In this document: piece after piece, positions 26,874-36,240 of the stretch
Position numbering within the stretch: position 1 is the first letter of the stretch
How the letters are laid out: the number at the start of each line of letters is the position of its first letter
Source of the DNA: Candidatus Micrarchaeota archaeon
GTDB taxonomy: Archaea; Micrarchaeota; Micrarchaeia; Micrarchaeales; CABMGC01
NCBI GenBank assembly: GCA_021827925.1
Contig: JAKATZ010000001.1
Location: forward strand, 1 to 51,123
Length of the DNA: 51,123 nucleotides
Direction: 5' to 3'
Notes under the pieces: model-generated
The model's input: the letters and a program-made list of their open reading frames with translations, nothing else
Told to the model about the DNA's origin: nothing
Database searches by the model: none
Position numbers and translations under genes: made by a program

Positions 26874-27401
26874 ATGAAAGTGGAGAGAATAGTTCTGGGG
26901 GGCGGCTGTTTCTGGTGCACCGAAGCGGTATTCTCGATGCTCATTGGGGTAGAAAGCGCAGAGCCGGGATATGCAGGAGGTACGGCAAAGGATCCAACCT
27001 ACGAAGAGGTATGCTCGGGAGACACAGGACACGCGGAGGTGCTCAGGGTGGGATACAATCCAAACGTGATAAGTCTGGAAACATTGCTGGACGTGTTCTT
27101 CGAGATGCATGATCCTACCTCTTTAAACAGACAGGGAGAGGATGAAGGCACCCAGTACAGATCGATAATACTGTGCACGGGAAAGACGCAAAAAGAGGCT
27201 GTTGAGAGATATATAGAAAGTAGGAAGAATGACTACGGAGGAAGAATCGTGACAGAGGTCGGAATTCTTGGAGAGTTCTATGCAGCAGAAGAGTATCACA
27301 GGAGATATTACGAGAGGAACAGAGGACAGGCGTACTGTGAACTGGTGATAAGCCCGAAGATAGCCAGGATAAGGAAGGAGTTCGGAAAGGAGATAAGGTA
27401 G
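26874..27401 (+). CDS. msrA: Peptide-methionine (S)-S-oxide reductase
   Basis: The catalytic motif GGGCFWC is present, together with GYAGG, GHAEV and QYRS. Confidence 0.9.
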   Translation: MKVERIVLGGGCFWCTEAVFSMLIGVESAEPGYAGGTAKDPTYEEVCSGDTGHAEVLRVGYNPNVISLETLLDVFFEMHDPTSLNRQGEDEGTQYRSIILCTGKTQKEAVERYIESRKNDYGGRIVTEVGILGEFYAAEEYHRRYYERNRGQAYCELVISPKIARIRKEFGKEIR

Positions 27402-27444
27402 GTTCTTATAGGCGTTAGTACAGGTATGATGGTGGCAGGAGTTT

Positions 27445-28425
27445 ATGGGGAAAACAGGTAGTCCCAGATCTGCGGGAAGACAAGGGCGGCCTTCGGAAGG
27501 CGGCGTTGAGCCTTTTGAATACGGGCCCCTTAGGAAAGCGCAGAGTGCGATGGAGTACCTTATGACCTACGGGTGGGCGATACTGATAATCGCAGTGGTC
27601 CTCATTGCTCTTTTTCCTTTGGGAGTGTTTGATCCTTTCGCGTTTTCACCGCGTGCACAGCCCGGCAGCTGCCAGGCAATAAGACCACTGGGCGCCGGGA
27701 TATCCACAGATATAAATCTGGTAGGTACATGCAATGATGAGATACCCAAGTTTGTCGCAGTGTTCAATGGGAAGGACACGATGGTCAATGTACCAGAAAC
27801 CGTTCTCACAGGAAGCGATGGATTTACCCTTTCTTTCTGGTTCTATTATCAATCCACCACGTATAGCTGCAGTACAACAGGCATAATTGAGTTCGCTAAT
27901 ACTATAAGGAACTCCATCGTTGGGCTGCTGGGGTGCGCACCTCCTTCAAGCTTCGGGTATGCATGCAGCGGCAAGTGCTACAACAATGGCCTTCTATTTT
28001 CATCGACCCAGCCTGTTATCGACAGGTGGGAATCCGTCATATACACTTATGACAGCACAACCGGAGGGATGAACATATTTGTAGATGGAAGTTCGATAGC
28101 AAATTCACTGGCAGACGGATTTCCTGGCGCAACCGAAGGAATTGTGATTCCGGCAGGTTCGCACATGACCATGGCGCCAAAGTGGGAGCTCCAGTACAAC
28201 GGCATGCTCTCGAATGTCCAGCTCTACAACACCTCGTTTGGGCAGGCAGAGATCGATGCCCTTTATAAAGGAGGGATAGGGGGAACCCCAATAGCCCTTC
28301 AGAATTTAGTTGGATGGTGGCCTCTCAACGGCGATGTGCAGGATTATTCTGGAAATCAAAATCCCGGGAGCCCATCAAACATGATTTTCACCGACTCGTG
28401 GACCACAGGGTATTCTCCGCCTTGA
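27445..28425 (+). CDS. Class III signal peptide (type IV pilin-like) protein with a LamG/concanavalin-like jelly-roll domain, paralogue 1
   Basis: RKAQSAMEYLMTYGWAILIIAVVL is a pilin-like N-terminus. The later motifs FTLSFWFY, LSNVQLYNTSFGQAEIDALY and WWPLNGDVQDYSGN are LamG-type. Confidence 0.7.
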   Translation: MGKTGSPRSAGRQGRPSEGGVEPFEYGPLRKAQSAMEYLMTYGWAILIIAVVLIALFPLGVFDPFAFSPRAQPGSCQAIRPLGAGISTDINLVGTCNDEIPKFVAVFNGKDTMVNVPETVLTGSDGFTLSFWFYYQSTTYSCSTTGIIEFANTIRNSIVGLLGCAPPSSFGYACSGKCYNNGLLFSSTQPVIDRWESVIYTYDSTTGGMNIFVDGSSIANSLADGFPGATEGIVIPAGSHMTMAPKWELQYNGMLSNVQLYNTSFGQAEIDALYKGGIGGTPIALQNLVGWWPLNGDVQDYSGNQNPGSPSNMIFTDSWTTGYSPP

Positions 28426-28472
28426 GGTGCCGCGGGTATATAATAAGAGGAGTACATAATTGAGGGAATGCT

Positions 28473-29000
28473 ATGGATTTGATATACATATACGGTCCAC
28501 CAGGGGTTGGCAAGTTCACCGTAGCAACGGAGTTGGCGAAGATTACTGGATATAGGTTATTTCACAATCAGCTGAGCATAGAGTTCGTTAAATCGGTATT
28601 CGATTTCGGCACAGAACCATTCAACAGGCTCGTGCTTAGATACCGCGCGGAGATTATAGAAGAAGCAGCGAAACAAGATGTCTCGGTGATATTCACATCG
28701 GCTTATGTCAAGGGGCTAAGCGATCCCATAATAAAGGACATAGTCAAACGCGTGGAACGGCACGGTGGGAGGGTATGCTTCGTACAGCTCTTTTGCAAAC
28801 GAGAGGAGCTGCTCCGGAGGGTTAGCAGCAGGTCGCGCATGAGGTTCTACAAGATAAGATCCGTGAAGTTCATGAAGGAGCTTCTCGGAAAGTATAACCA
28901 TTTCTCCAGGATCACTTTCAGGCGAAGCCTTTCAATAGACAATACGCGTCTAGGGCCGGCTGATGCTGCGGAGAAGATAGCAAGACATTATAGACTATGA
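28473..29000 (+). CDS. Small P-loop kinase/NTPase (AAA_33 or shikimate-kinase-like)
   Basis: The Walker A-like motif is GPPGVGKFT, which has Phe where Ser or Thr is usual. Confidence 0.5.
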   Translation: MDLIYIYGPPGVGKFTVATELAKITGYRLFHNQLSIEFVKSVFDFGTEPFNRLVLRYRAEIIEEAAKQDVSVIFTSAYVKGLSDPIIKDIVKRVERHGGRVCFVQLFCKREELLRRVSSRSRMRFYKIRSVKFMKELLGKYNHFSRITFRRSLSIDNTRLGPADAAEKIARHYRL

Positions 29001-29444
29001 TATATTGTGGACTTTCCCGAAACCAAAATAGTAGAGCAAGGCAGCGACGCTGACGCAGTCGCTCATCTCGCCGCTGCGTATAAGAGAAAGAACTTTTTCC
29101 CCAGTTAGGTTTATCACGTCTATGTCCTCTTCTGGTTCGAGTGCTCTTTCTCCGGGGCTGAGATCCTCTGCAAGAACCACATGAAAGACGAGTTTCGGAT
29201 GCAGGAGCGTGAATGATGCAAGATGAGTCGCCTTTCCAGCGGAGTATCCGGATTCTTCCTTAAGTTCCCTGAGACCTGCTGCGACGGGATCTTCGCCTTT
29301 CTCTACGGCTCCTCCGAACAGACCGTACATCCTGCGTTTGTGATTCGACCTGTATTCATGCGCTATGAGAAATGTCGAATCTGCAAGTACAGGTATAACA
29401 AGGGCTACGTTTCGCATAATATCACACGGTATTGGCATTCTCAT
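28995..29444 (-). CDS. NUDIX hydrolase
   Basis: The Nudix box is GGAVEKGEDPVAAGLRELKEESGY. Confidence 0.85.
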   Translation of the reverse strand: MRMPIPCDIMRNVALVIPVLADSTFLIAHEYRSNHKRRMYGLFGGAVEKGEDPVAAGLRELKEESGYSAGKATHLASFTLLHPKLVFHVVLAEDLSPGERALEPEEDIDVINLTGEKVLSLIRSGEMSDCVSVAALLYYFGFGKVHNIS

Positions 29445-29488
29445 TACAGATATAAAACAGTGCCTGCAGAATCTGTTAGGGTCTTTCT

Positions 29489-30007
29489 GTGAAGGTATTG
29501 CTGTTTATGGCATCATCGGTGAACGGTGCGATAGCTGAAAGGAACGGCGGCACGACATTCGTCACGCCTGCTGACAAGAAGAGATTTGTCAATATGGCGC
29601 TGAAGGAAGGGAACGCGGTAATGGGCATGAAGACTTTCGAGACAGTAAAGTACGATTCGTGGGTGGAAAAGATTTCAGTAGTCGTGCTTACAAAAAGACA
29701 ACGGAAGCCTTTTGGAAGTGTATCTTTTGCAAGGAGTCCTAATGAGGCACTGCGCATGCTCGATACACGTGGCTTCGATGTTGCGCTTCTGGCAGGGGGA
29801 GGGAAGGTGAACGCCTCTTTTCTTAAGGAAGGGCTGATCGACGAAATATACCTGGATGTTGAGCCAAGCATCATCGGAGATGGCATACCCATATTCGCAT
29901 CCACTGCCGGAAATGCCGAACTCCGGCTGAAGGATATCCATAAGCTATCGAAAAATGAGGTCCGGCTCCATTACGCGGTGACAAGCCGCAAGAGGCATGG
30001 AAAATGA
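29489..30007 (+). CDS. RibD C-terminal / dihydrofolate reductase-like reductase
   Basis: The family features are MASSVNGAIA, MGMKTFE, LLAGGGKVNASFLKEGLIDEIYLDVEP and GDGIPIF. Confidence 0.7.
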   Translation: MKVLLFMASSVNGAIAERNGGTTFVTPADKKRFVNMALKEGNAVMGMKTFETVKYDSWVEKISVVVLTKRQRKPFGSVSFARSPNEALRMLDTRGFDVALLAGGGKVNASFLKEGLIDEIYLDVEPSIIGDGIPIFASTAGNAELRLKDIHKLSKNEVRLHYAVTSRKRHGK

Positions 30008-30046
30008 TAAAAGATTGCTTCTGCAATCTGAAATGAGGAGAATTTT

Positions 30047-31036
30047 ATGAAAGCAATGGTGCTACACAGTACCGGAAATATAGATTCAAGACCGCTGAAG
30101 TACGAGGACATACCCATACCTGAGATAAGCGACGGCGAGGTCCTGATAAAAGTGCACGCGTGTGGCGTATGCAGATCGCAGTTGCATACGATAGAGGGAG
30201 AATGGGGCGCCCCTATGAGACTGCCGCTGGTCGTAGGGCACGAAATCGCAGGCGAGGTGGTGAAGACAGGTCGCAGGGTAAGCAACCTTAAGATAGGCGA
30301 TAGGGTGGGACTGCAGCCAACGTACAACACATGCAACAGTTGCGAATACTGCCTTACCGGAAGGGAGAACCTCTGCGACAGAATTGAAAGGACGGGAGGA
30401 CATGTAGATGGGGGCTACGCAGAATACGTCAAAGGTGTCGAGCAGCATACATACCTGATACCTGGCAACCTCAGCTACCAGAAAGCAGCGCCTCTATTCT
30501 GCCCTGGCGCTACGGCATACAGAGCCGTATGCATGGCAGAGCCTGCGCCTTATAAGACTATGGCTGTGTTCGGGGTGGGCGGTGTCGGACATATGGCAGT
30601 CCAGTTCGCGAGGCTCCATGGTGCCAGAACCGTCGCAGTAGACAGGAGCAAGAAGAAGCTTGAACTCGCTGAGAGATTCGGCGCCGTACCTGTAGAATAC
30701 GGAGATACCGAGAAGCTGGCGCGACTGGGAATAGACGATAGCATTGTTTTTGCACCTTCTGATGAAGTGATTGCAATGGCCAGAAATGCCACTAAGAAAG
30801 GGGGGCGCATTGTCATAGGAGTGGAAGGCAATGTCTTGGACTTCGATTTCAGGAAGGAACAACGAATAATGGGATGCCTGGTAGGCACGAGGAACGATGT
30901 TAACAACGTGCTGAAGCTGGCATCCGAAGGAAGGATAGGCGCGGAGGTTGCAGAGTACAGACTTGAGGAAGCCAATGAAGTGCTTGCAAAGATGAAGAAG
31001 GGGGAGCTCGTCGGAAGAGCGGTTCTCGTTCCATGA
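30047..31036 (+). CDS. Zinc-dependent alcohol dehydrogenase (MDR family)
   Basis: The motifs are GVCRSQLH, GHEIAGEVV, the structural-zinc segment CNSCEYCLTGRENLC, and the NAD-binding segment FGVGGVGHMAVQ. Confidence 0.85.
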   Translation: MKAMVLHSTGNIDSRPLKYEDIPIPEISDGEVLIKVHACGVCRSQLHTIEGEWGAPMRLPLVVGHEIAGEVVKTGRRVSNLKIGDRVGLQPTYNTCNSCEYCLTGRENLCDRIERTGGHVDGGYAEYVKGVEQHTYLIPGNLSYQKAAPLFCPGATAYRAVCMAEPAPYKTMAVFGVGGVGHMAVQFARLHGARTVAVDRSKKKLELAERFGAVPVEYGDTEKLARLGIDDSIVFAPSDEVIAMARNATKKGGRIVIGVEGNVLDFDFRKEQRIMGCLVGTRNDVNNVLKLASEGRIGAEVAEYRLEEANEVLAKMKKGELVGRAVLVP

Positions 31037-31086
31037 CGGCATGCGGGTCTGAACGGGCTTTTATATGTTTCAGTATATTTTAAACC

Positions 31087-33486
31087 ATGGATGCGAGGGA
31101 CTTCAAAAACCTTGGCGTTGATGAGACTCTTAAGAGGATAGGCACCGGGATTGGCGGACTTTCCGAAAAGGAAGCAGAGAAACGGCTTAAGAAGTACGGA
31201 TACAACGAAGTCGTGGAGAAGAAGGAAAGCGCGGCACTTAAGTTCCTAAGCAAGTTCTATGGCCCGGTTCCTCTAATCCTCTGGGCAGTCATAGCCATAT
31301 CCTACCTGTTGGGAAGGACGGAAGACTTCTACATACTCCTTGCATTGCTGCTTTTCAACGCAACCATGAGCTTCCTTGAGGAAAGCAAGGCAGACCGTAC
31401 TTTGGAATCGCTGAGAAAGAGACTTAGCGTAAGCGCGAGGGCTCTACGGTCTGGGAACTGGGAGAAACTGCCCGCACGGCTGCTCACAATAGGAGACATA
31501 GTAAGGGTTAGGCAAGGCGACATAATACCCGCTGATCTTAAGATCGTCAGATGCGACGCGGATGTAGAGACAGACGAGTCGGTGATAACCGGAGAATCTC
31601 TGCCCATCAGCAAAGGCACTGCAGGAGTATTGTATGAGGGCGCAATATTGAAAAGAGGCGAGGCTACCTGCGCAGTGATAGGTACGGGATACAATACCTT
31701 TTACGGGAAGACGGCCTCGCTCGTTGAGGTTGCGAAACCTAAGTCACATATCCAGCAGGCAATACTCAGGCTGGCAAAGTACCTGGTTGCCATAGATCTT
31801 GCAGTGGTTGCCGCGATGTTTCTGTACGGATCCCTTGCGCTTCACATAAATATAATAGATGTGCTGCCATTTTTCCTAGTGGTGTTCCTCGCCTCCGTTC
31901 CTGTGGCTTTGCCCGCCACATTCACGGTGGCGATGGCGCTGGGCACCGAGAAGCTTGCGAAGGAGAACATCCTCGTAAGACGCCTGGATTCCATAGAGGG
32001 AGCTGCGACGATGACGGTGCTATGCGCGGATAAGACGGGCACGCTGACAGAAAACATAATCACCGTAGATGAACTGATGCCATTCGGTGTTGGCGAGGAC
32101 AGGTTGATAAGGTATGCCGCAGAAGCGTCGCGTGCCGAGGACAACGATCCTATAGACAATGCTGTGTTGAACTACGCGAAGGCGAACAGGGTAAAAGCCA
32201 ATGCCCAGCTTAGGTTCACGCCATTTGATCTGTCCACCAAAATGACCGAGGCAGTAGTTGAGGGCAAGGATGGAAGGTACCGAGTCGTTAAGGGAGCAAT
32301 AATCGCAGTAAAGCGGCTCTGTCACATCGGCACACTGGAGGGGAAGGCGATGGATAAAGCCGTGGACGCTTTCTCCAAGAGGGGTTTTAGATGTATAGCC
32401 GTTGCTTTCTTGATGGAAGGCGGAAAACACTTCAGATGCGCAGGGATCATCGCACTTCACGACAGTCCCAGGAAAGATGCCGGAGCCCTCATAAGTGAAC
32501 TCGAAGAACTTGGCGTAAAGACAAAGATGCTTACGGGTGACAACATAGCCGTTGCTGAGGAGATATCAAAGGAGCTTAGGATAGGAAACAGGATCATAGA
32601 CGCTGAGAAGCTTGGTGGCAGCAAGAAAGAGCTTTACGCCTCGATAAACGGCGCAGACGGATTCGCGAACATCTATCCTGAGGACAAGTACACAATTGTG
32701 AAGGCGCTCCAGAACAGCAGGATGATTGTCGGGATGACCGGCGACGGAGTCAACGACGCTCCGGCGCTGAAGCAAGCAGAGGTGGGCATAGCCGTCTCGA
32801 GCGCTACCGATGTTGCGAAGGAGGCGGCAGCCCTTGTGCTAACAAGGAACGGAATAGAGGTTATAGTGCACGCAGTAAAGGAGAGCAGGAGAATATTCGA
32901 AAGAATGTCTACTTATACTATGCTTAAGATATCAAGGGCGATCCAGATAATCGCGTTCATAGGCATAGTGTACATGTTCATGCATGGCATGATAGCCATA
33001 ACGCCATCGCTCCTGGTACTCCTTATATTCACCAATGACATAGTCAATATAACAATCTCTGCTGACAATGCGGTTTACGCGAAGAGGCCTGATTCATGGA
33101 ACATACGCTCGTTCTTTTATCCCGCCGGAGCAGTGGGCGCCGTCCTTGTGTTGCAGGCTCTGATACTTATACCGCTGGCCTTCAGCGCGTTCGGCATGTC
33201 TGTTGCGGAGTTCCAGACGCTGGTCTTCCTTCTGCTCGTAGTGTCTGACAAGTTCACCATACTGAATTTCAGGGAGAAAGGATGGTTCTGGAAGTCCAGG
33301 CCCAGTTCGAAGGTAGTTCTAAGTTCCGCGGTGGGAATTACTGCAGGAACATTGATGGCATATTTCGGCATATTGGTACCGAAGATCGGAATCGTTGCGA
33401 TAGTTTCGGCCTTTGTGCTTTCCATAGTTTTCCTGCCGATAAATGATGTTGTGAAGAAGGGCGCAATTAAGGCACTTGGAAGATGA
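31087..33486 (+). CDS. P-type cation-transporting ATPase (plasma-membrane H+-ATPase-like)
   Basis: The P-type motifs are TGES, CADKTGTLTEN, MLTGDN and GMTGDGVNDAPALKQAEVGIAV. Confidence 0.9.
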   Translation: MDARDFKNLGVDETLKRIGTGIGGLSEKEAEKRLKKYGYNEVVEKKESAALKFLSKFYGPVPLILWAVIAISYLLGRTEDFYILLALLLFNATMSFLEESKADRTLESLRKRLSVSARALRSGNWEKLPARLLTIGDIVRVRQGDIIPADLKIVRCDADVETDESVITGESLPISKGTAGVLYEGAILKRGEATCAVIGTGYNTFYGKTASLVEVAKPKSHIQQAILRLAKYLVAIDLAVVAAMFLYGSLALHINIIDVLPFFLVVFLASVPVALPATFTVAMALGTEKLAKENILVRRLDSIEGAATMTVLCADKTGTLTENIITVDELMPFGVGEDRLIRYAAEASRAEDNDPIDNAVLNYAKANRVKANAQLRFTPFDLSTKMTEAVVEGKDGRYRVVKGAIIAVKRLCHIGTLEGKAMDKAVDAFSKRGFRCIAVAFLMEGGKHFRCAGIIALHDSPRKDAGALISELEELGVKTKMLTGDNIAVAEEISKELRIGNRIIDAEKLGGSKKELYASINGADGFANIYPEDKYTIVKALQNSRMIVGMTGDGVNDAPALKQAEVGIAVSSATDVAKEAAALVLTRNGIEVIVHAVKESRRIFERMSTYTMLKISRAIQIIAFIGIVYMFMHGMIAITPSLLVLLIFTNDIVNITISADNAVYAKRPDSWNIRSFFYPAGAVGAVLVLQALILIPLAFSAFGMSVAEFQTLVFLLLVVSDKFTILNFREKGWFWKSRPSSKVVLSSAVGITAGTLMAYFGILVPKIGIVAIVSAFVLSIVFLPINDVVKKGAIKALGR

Positions 33487-33551
33487 TGCTTTGGGATTTA
33501 CAAGGGTTCCATACTTCATCGTAGAGATATATCAACCTAAGCGTGTAATAT

Positions 33552-34226
33552 GTGAATAGGTCAGTTATCATGGGAATAGAATCGTTGAGATGGATAGGGC
33601 ATGCCTCTTTTGTCTTGAATGCGGAGGAAATGAATATATACATAGATCCGTTTGGGCTAGAGAAAAGCTACGGCAATGCGGATATCATATTTGTCACCCA
33701 CCCGCACTTCGACCATTTCAGCATTGAGGACATACGGAAGGTTGCTACAGGAAAGACGGTTATATTTGCTCCGCATGAGGTAGCAGAAAAGCTGCACGGA
33801 TTCAGAGTCGCAATGGTGGAACCGGGGAAAGAATATGCGCACGGAGCCCTTCATGTATCGACCGTGCCAGCATACAACGTCGTGCACGAGAGACTAAAGA
33901 ACCATCCGAAAGAGAAAGGCTGGGTTGGCTATAGGATAAGCACTGAAGATGGAAGCATATACCATGCAGGAGATACGGATTTCATACCTGAGATGAATGC
34001 CATTAAGGCAGACATCGCACTGATACCGATGGGCGGAACCTATGTTATGGATCCCGATGAAGCCATAACCGCGGCAGAAAGCATCGATGCAGGGGAGATA
34101 GTTCCGATGCATTACAAGGCACTTCTGGGGCGTGAAGGGTCAACATCTGCGGAGGAAAAATTCAGAAAGAGGGTAAGTAACTGCAGGATAATGGAAGAGA
34201 TTCAGACGGCTCGCTATTCGTTCTGA
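33552..34226 (+). CDS. MBL-fold metallo-hydrolase
   Basis: The HPHFDHF (HxHxDH) motif is present. The likely start is the ATG a few codons downstream (MGIESLRW). Confidence 0.8.
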   Translation: MNRSVIMGIESLRWIGHASFVLNAEEMNIYIDPFGLEKSYGNADIIFVTHPHFDHFSIEDIRKVATGKTVIFAPHEVAEKLHGFRVAMVEPGKEYAHGALHVSTVPAYNVVHERLKNHPKEKGWVGYRISTEDGSIYHAGDTDFIPEMNAIKADIALIPMGGTYVMDPDEAITAAESIDAGEIVPMHYKALLGREGSTSAEEKFRKRVSNCRIMEEIQTARYSF

Positions 34227-34280
34227 GTGCGTTAGTATGCCCTGTTCCAAAACGCTCAGCAGAGGATTGCAACTTTGCAG

Positions 34281-35324
34281 CTAAGGGGAACTGTAGCCGC
34301 TCGCCCAGCTGCCGGTAAAGATCGTGTTGATTGGCGTGCCGTCGTTGTTGTTGCCAGAATAATCCATCGTATCGCCGTTGAGGGGATACCACGCTACGAG
34401 GTGTTGCAGGTCTATCGGCGCGCCGCCTACGCCCTCGCCATAGAGCGCAGAGATGGCATTTGCCCCCAGGGAGCTATTGTAGATCTGCACATTAGAAATA
34501 AGGCCGTCAAGGTACTCCGAAAATGGGTTTACCTGCTTGCCTATGTAAGCTTCAGACTGAGTAGTGTCCCACGATCTTGCCGCCGGGCCTGCCGCGAGAG
34601 TACCGTTCACGTAAATCCTCACGTAAGTGCCGTCGTAAGTTCCGCAGATGAAATTCCAGCGCCCTACAAACTTTGCCATGTCGGTATAATAGTAAAGATC
34701 ATAGCTGGGCCCGTATCCTCCCACATCGACGAAGCCGAGGCCGAACCCTATGAACCTTGATGCTCCGCCTGATCCAGTGCCATAAGCGGCTATCCAGCTC
34801 CATCCATCATTGCTGCCATAGGTACCTGGCAGCGCGGCGAGGTTTGTCCAGCCGCACATCGTGTCGGGATTGTTCCCGTATGCCAATCCGGAGGTAGGTA
34901 GCGTTACATAGCTGCTCTGGCCGTTGAGCTGAGCTACAAACTTCGGCAATTCATTAAGGCATGTGCCGCCCAGGTTGAGATCAATGCTCGTCCCTGCACC
35001 ATAAGGTCTCAGGACCTGGCAGCTGCCGGGCTGTGCTTTCGGGGCAAATGAATTAGGATTGAATACCCCCAGGGAGAACAACGCCCCCAGAACCACTGCG
35101 ATTATCAGTATAGCCCAGCCGTAGGTCATCAGGTACTCCATCGCACTCTGCGCTTTCCTAAGGGGCCGTTTTCTTACGAGTTCCCTGTTCTTTATCGCAG
35201 ATTCTTCCTTGGAGTACAATTCCTTTTGGAAGGATGGCCCGTGCATGAGATTATAGGAGCATAATAAATGATAAATATCTTCCTTGTAGCGGCTTTGCAT
35301 AAGGCAGGGAAGGAAGCATGACAT
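34281..35324 (-). CDS. Class III signal peptide / LamG-like protein, paralogue 2
   Basis: The family motifs are RKAQSAMEYLMTYGWAILIIAVVL, ISNVQIYNSSLGANAISALY and WYPLNGDTMDYSGNNNDG. The real start is probably the internal Met at about 35246. Confidence 0.7.
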   Translation of the reverse strand: MSCFLPCLMQSRYKEDIYHLLCSYNLMHGPSFQKELYSKEESAIKNRELVRKRPLRKAQSAMEYLMTYGWAILIIAVVLGALFSLGVFNPNSFAPKAQPGSCQVLRPYGAGTSIDLNLGGTCLNELPKFVAQLNGQSSYVTLPTSGLAYGNNPDTMCGWTNLAALPGTYGSNDGWSWIAAYGTGSGGASRFIGFGLGFVDVGGYGPSYDLYYYTDMAKFVGRWNFICGTYDGTYVRIYVNGTLAAGPAARSWDTTQSEAYIGKQVNPFSEYLDGLISNVQIYNSSLGANAISALYGEGVGGAPIDLQHLVAWYPLNGDTMDYSGNNNDGTPINTIFTGSWASGYSSP

Positions 35325-35400
35325 CGCAGTAATATTAGTATGGTGTGTAGTAAATGTTACAAGGATTTATTATAAAGCGCGGACCGTGATTATGCCAGAT

Positions 35401-36198
35401 TCAACGCTGCCTCTTGCTTCCCATTTTGCCCGATTTTATTATTTCTCTTGCCAAGTCTAATATCTCCAGTGGGGAGAGCATGAACAAGGAAGAATTTGCA
35501 TTAGCAATAGAGGACGCATTCTTACGGGCTTCCTTCCTATCGATACCCAGTCCGTAACTGGAATCATGTATAGCATTCCTTACCTTCTTCCTTCTGTGCT
35601 GCATAAGCACACCAATAACCTGAGCCTCTTCGGGGGTTGGTCCGTCTTGTCTAGGCTTCAGAAATATCACTTCCGAGTCAACCTTTGGCACGGGCTTGAA
35701 ATCTCGCCTGGGCACATCCATTATCTCAGTTATGCTGAATGTGAGGGAGGCCATCACGCTTAGGCGCGAGTAGTTTCGCGTGCCTTGCTTCGCAAGAAGG
35801 CGCCCGACATATTCTTTTTGAAGGCATACAACAGCCTCCATTCGGTTCTCATGAAGCCATTGTATGATGCGGCTTGAGAGCACATATGGAACGTTGGAAA
35901 TGAATATGTCGGCTTCGGATGGCTTTAGGATCTCCTTGCCCAGATCGAAAAAATCAGCGTTTATTATCTTTAGGTTCCTGAAGTGCATGGTGCTTTCGAG
36001 AATTGCGCAGAGGTCGCTATCCTTCTCTACCGCAATAACTTTCTTGGCATTTGCGCAAAGCTCGCGTGTGAGTATCCCGCGCCCAGGGCCCATCTCTATC
36101 ACAATCTTGCCGTGAGCGTGCGCAGCCTCTGCCTTAGCAACACCGTCGTTGATCAGAAAAACCTGGCCTAGCCTCTTTGTGCGCCATGCCCTTGACAA
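35401..36198 (-). CDS. ksgA: 16S rRNA dimethyladenosine transferase
   Basis: The motifs are GQVFL, IEMGPGRGILT and NVPYVLSS. Confidence 0.85.
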   Translation of the reverse strand: MSRAWRTKRLGQVFLINDGVAKAEAAHAHGKIVIEMGPGRGILTRELCANAKKVIAVEKDSDLCAILESTMHFRNLKIINADFFDLGKEILKPSEADIFISNVPYVLSSRIIQWLHENRMEAVVCLQKEYVGRLLAKQGTRNYSRLSVMASLTFSITEIMDVPRRDFKPVPKVDSEVIFLKPRQDGPTPEEAQVIGVLMQHRRKKVRNAIHDSSYGLGIDRKEARKNASSIANANSSLFMLSPLEILDLAREIIKSGKMGSKRQR

Positions 36199-36240
36199 AA
36201 AACCACTAGGATCGATAATGGTAAGAGAGGCATATATAGG

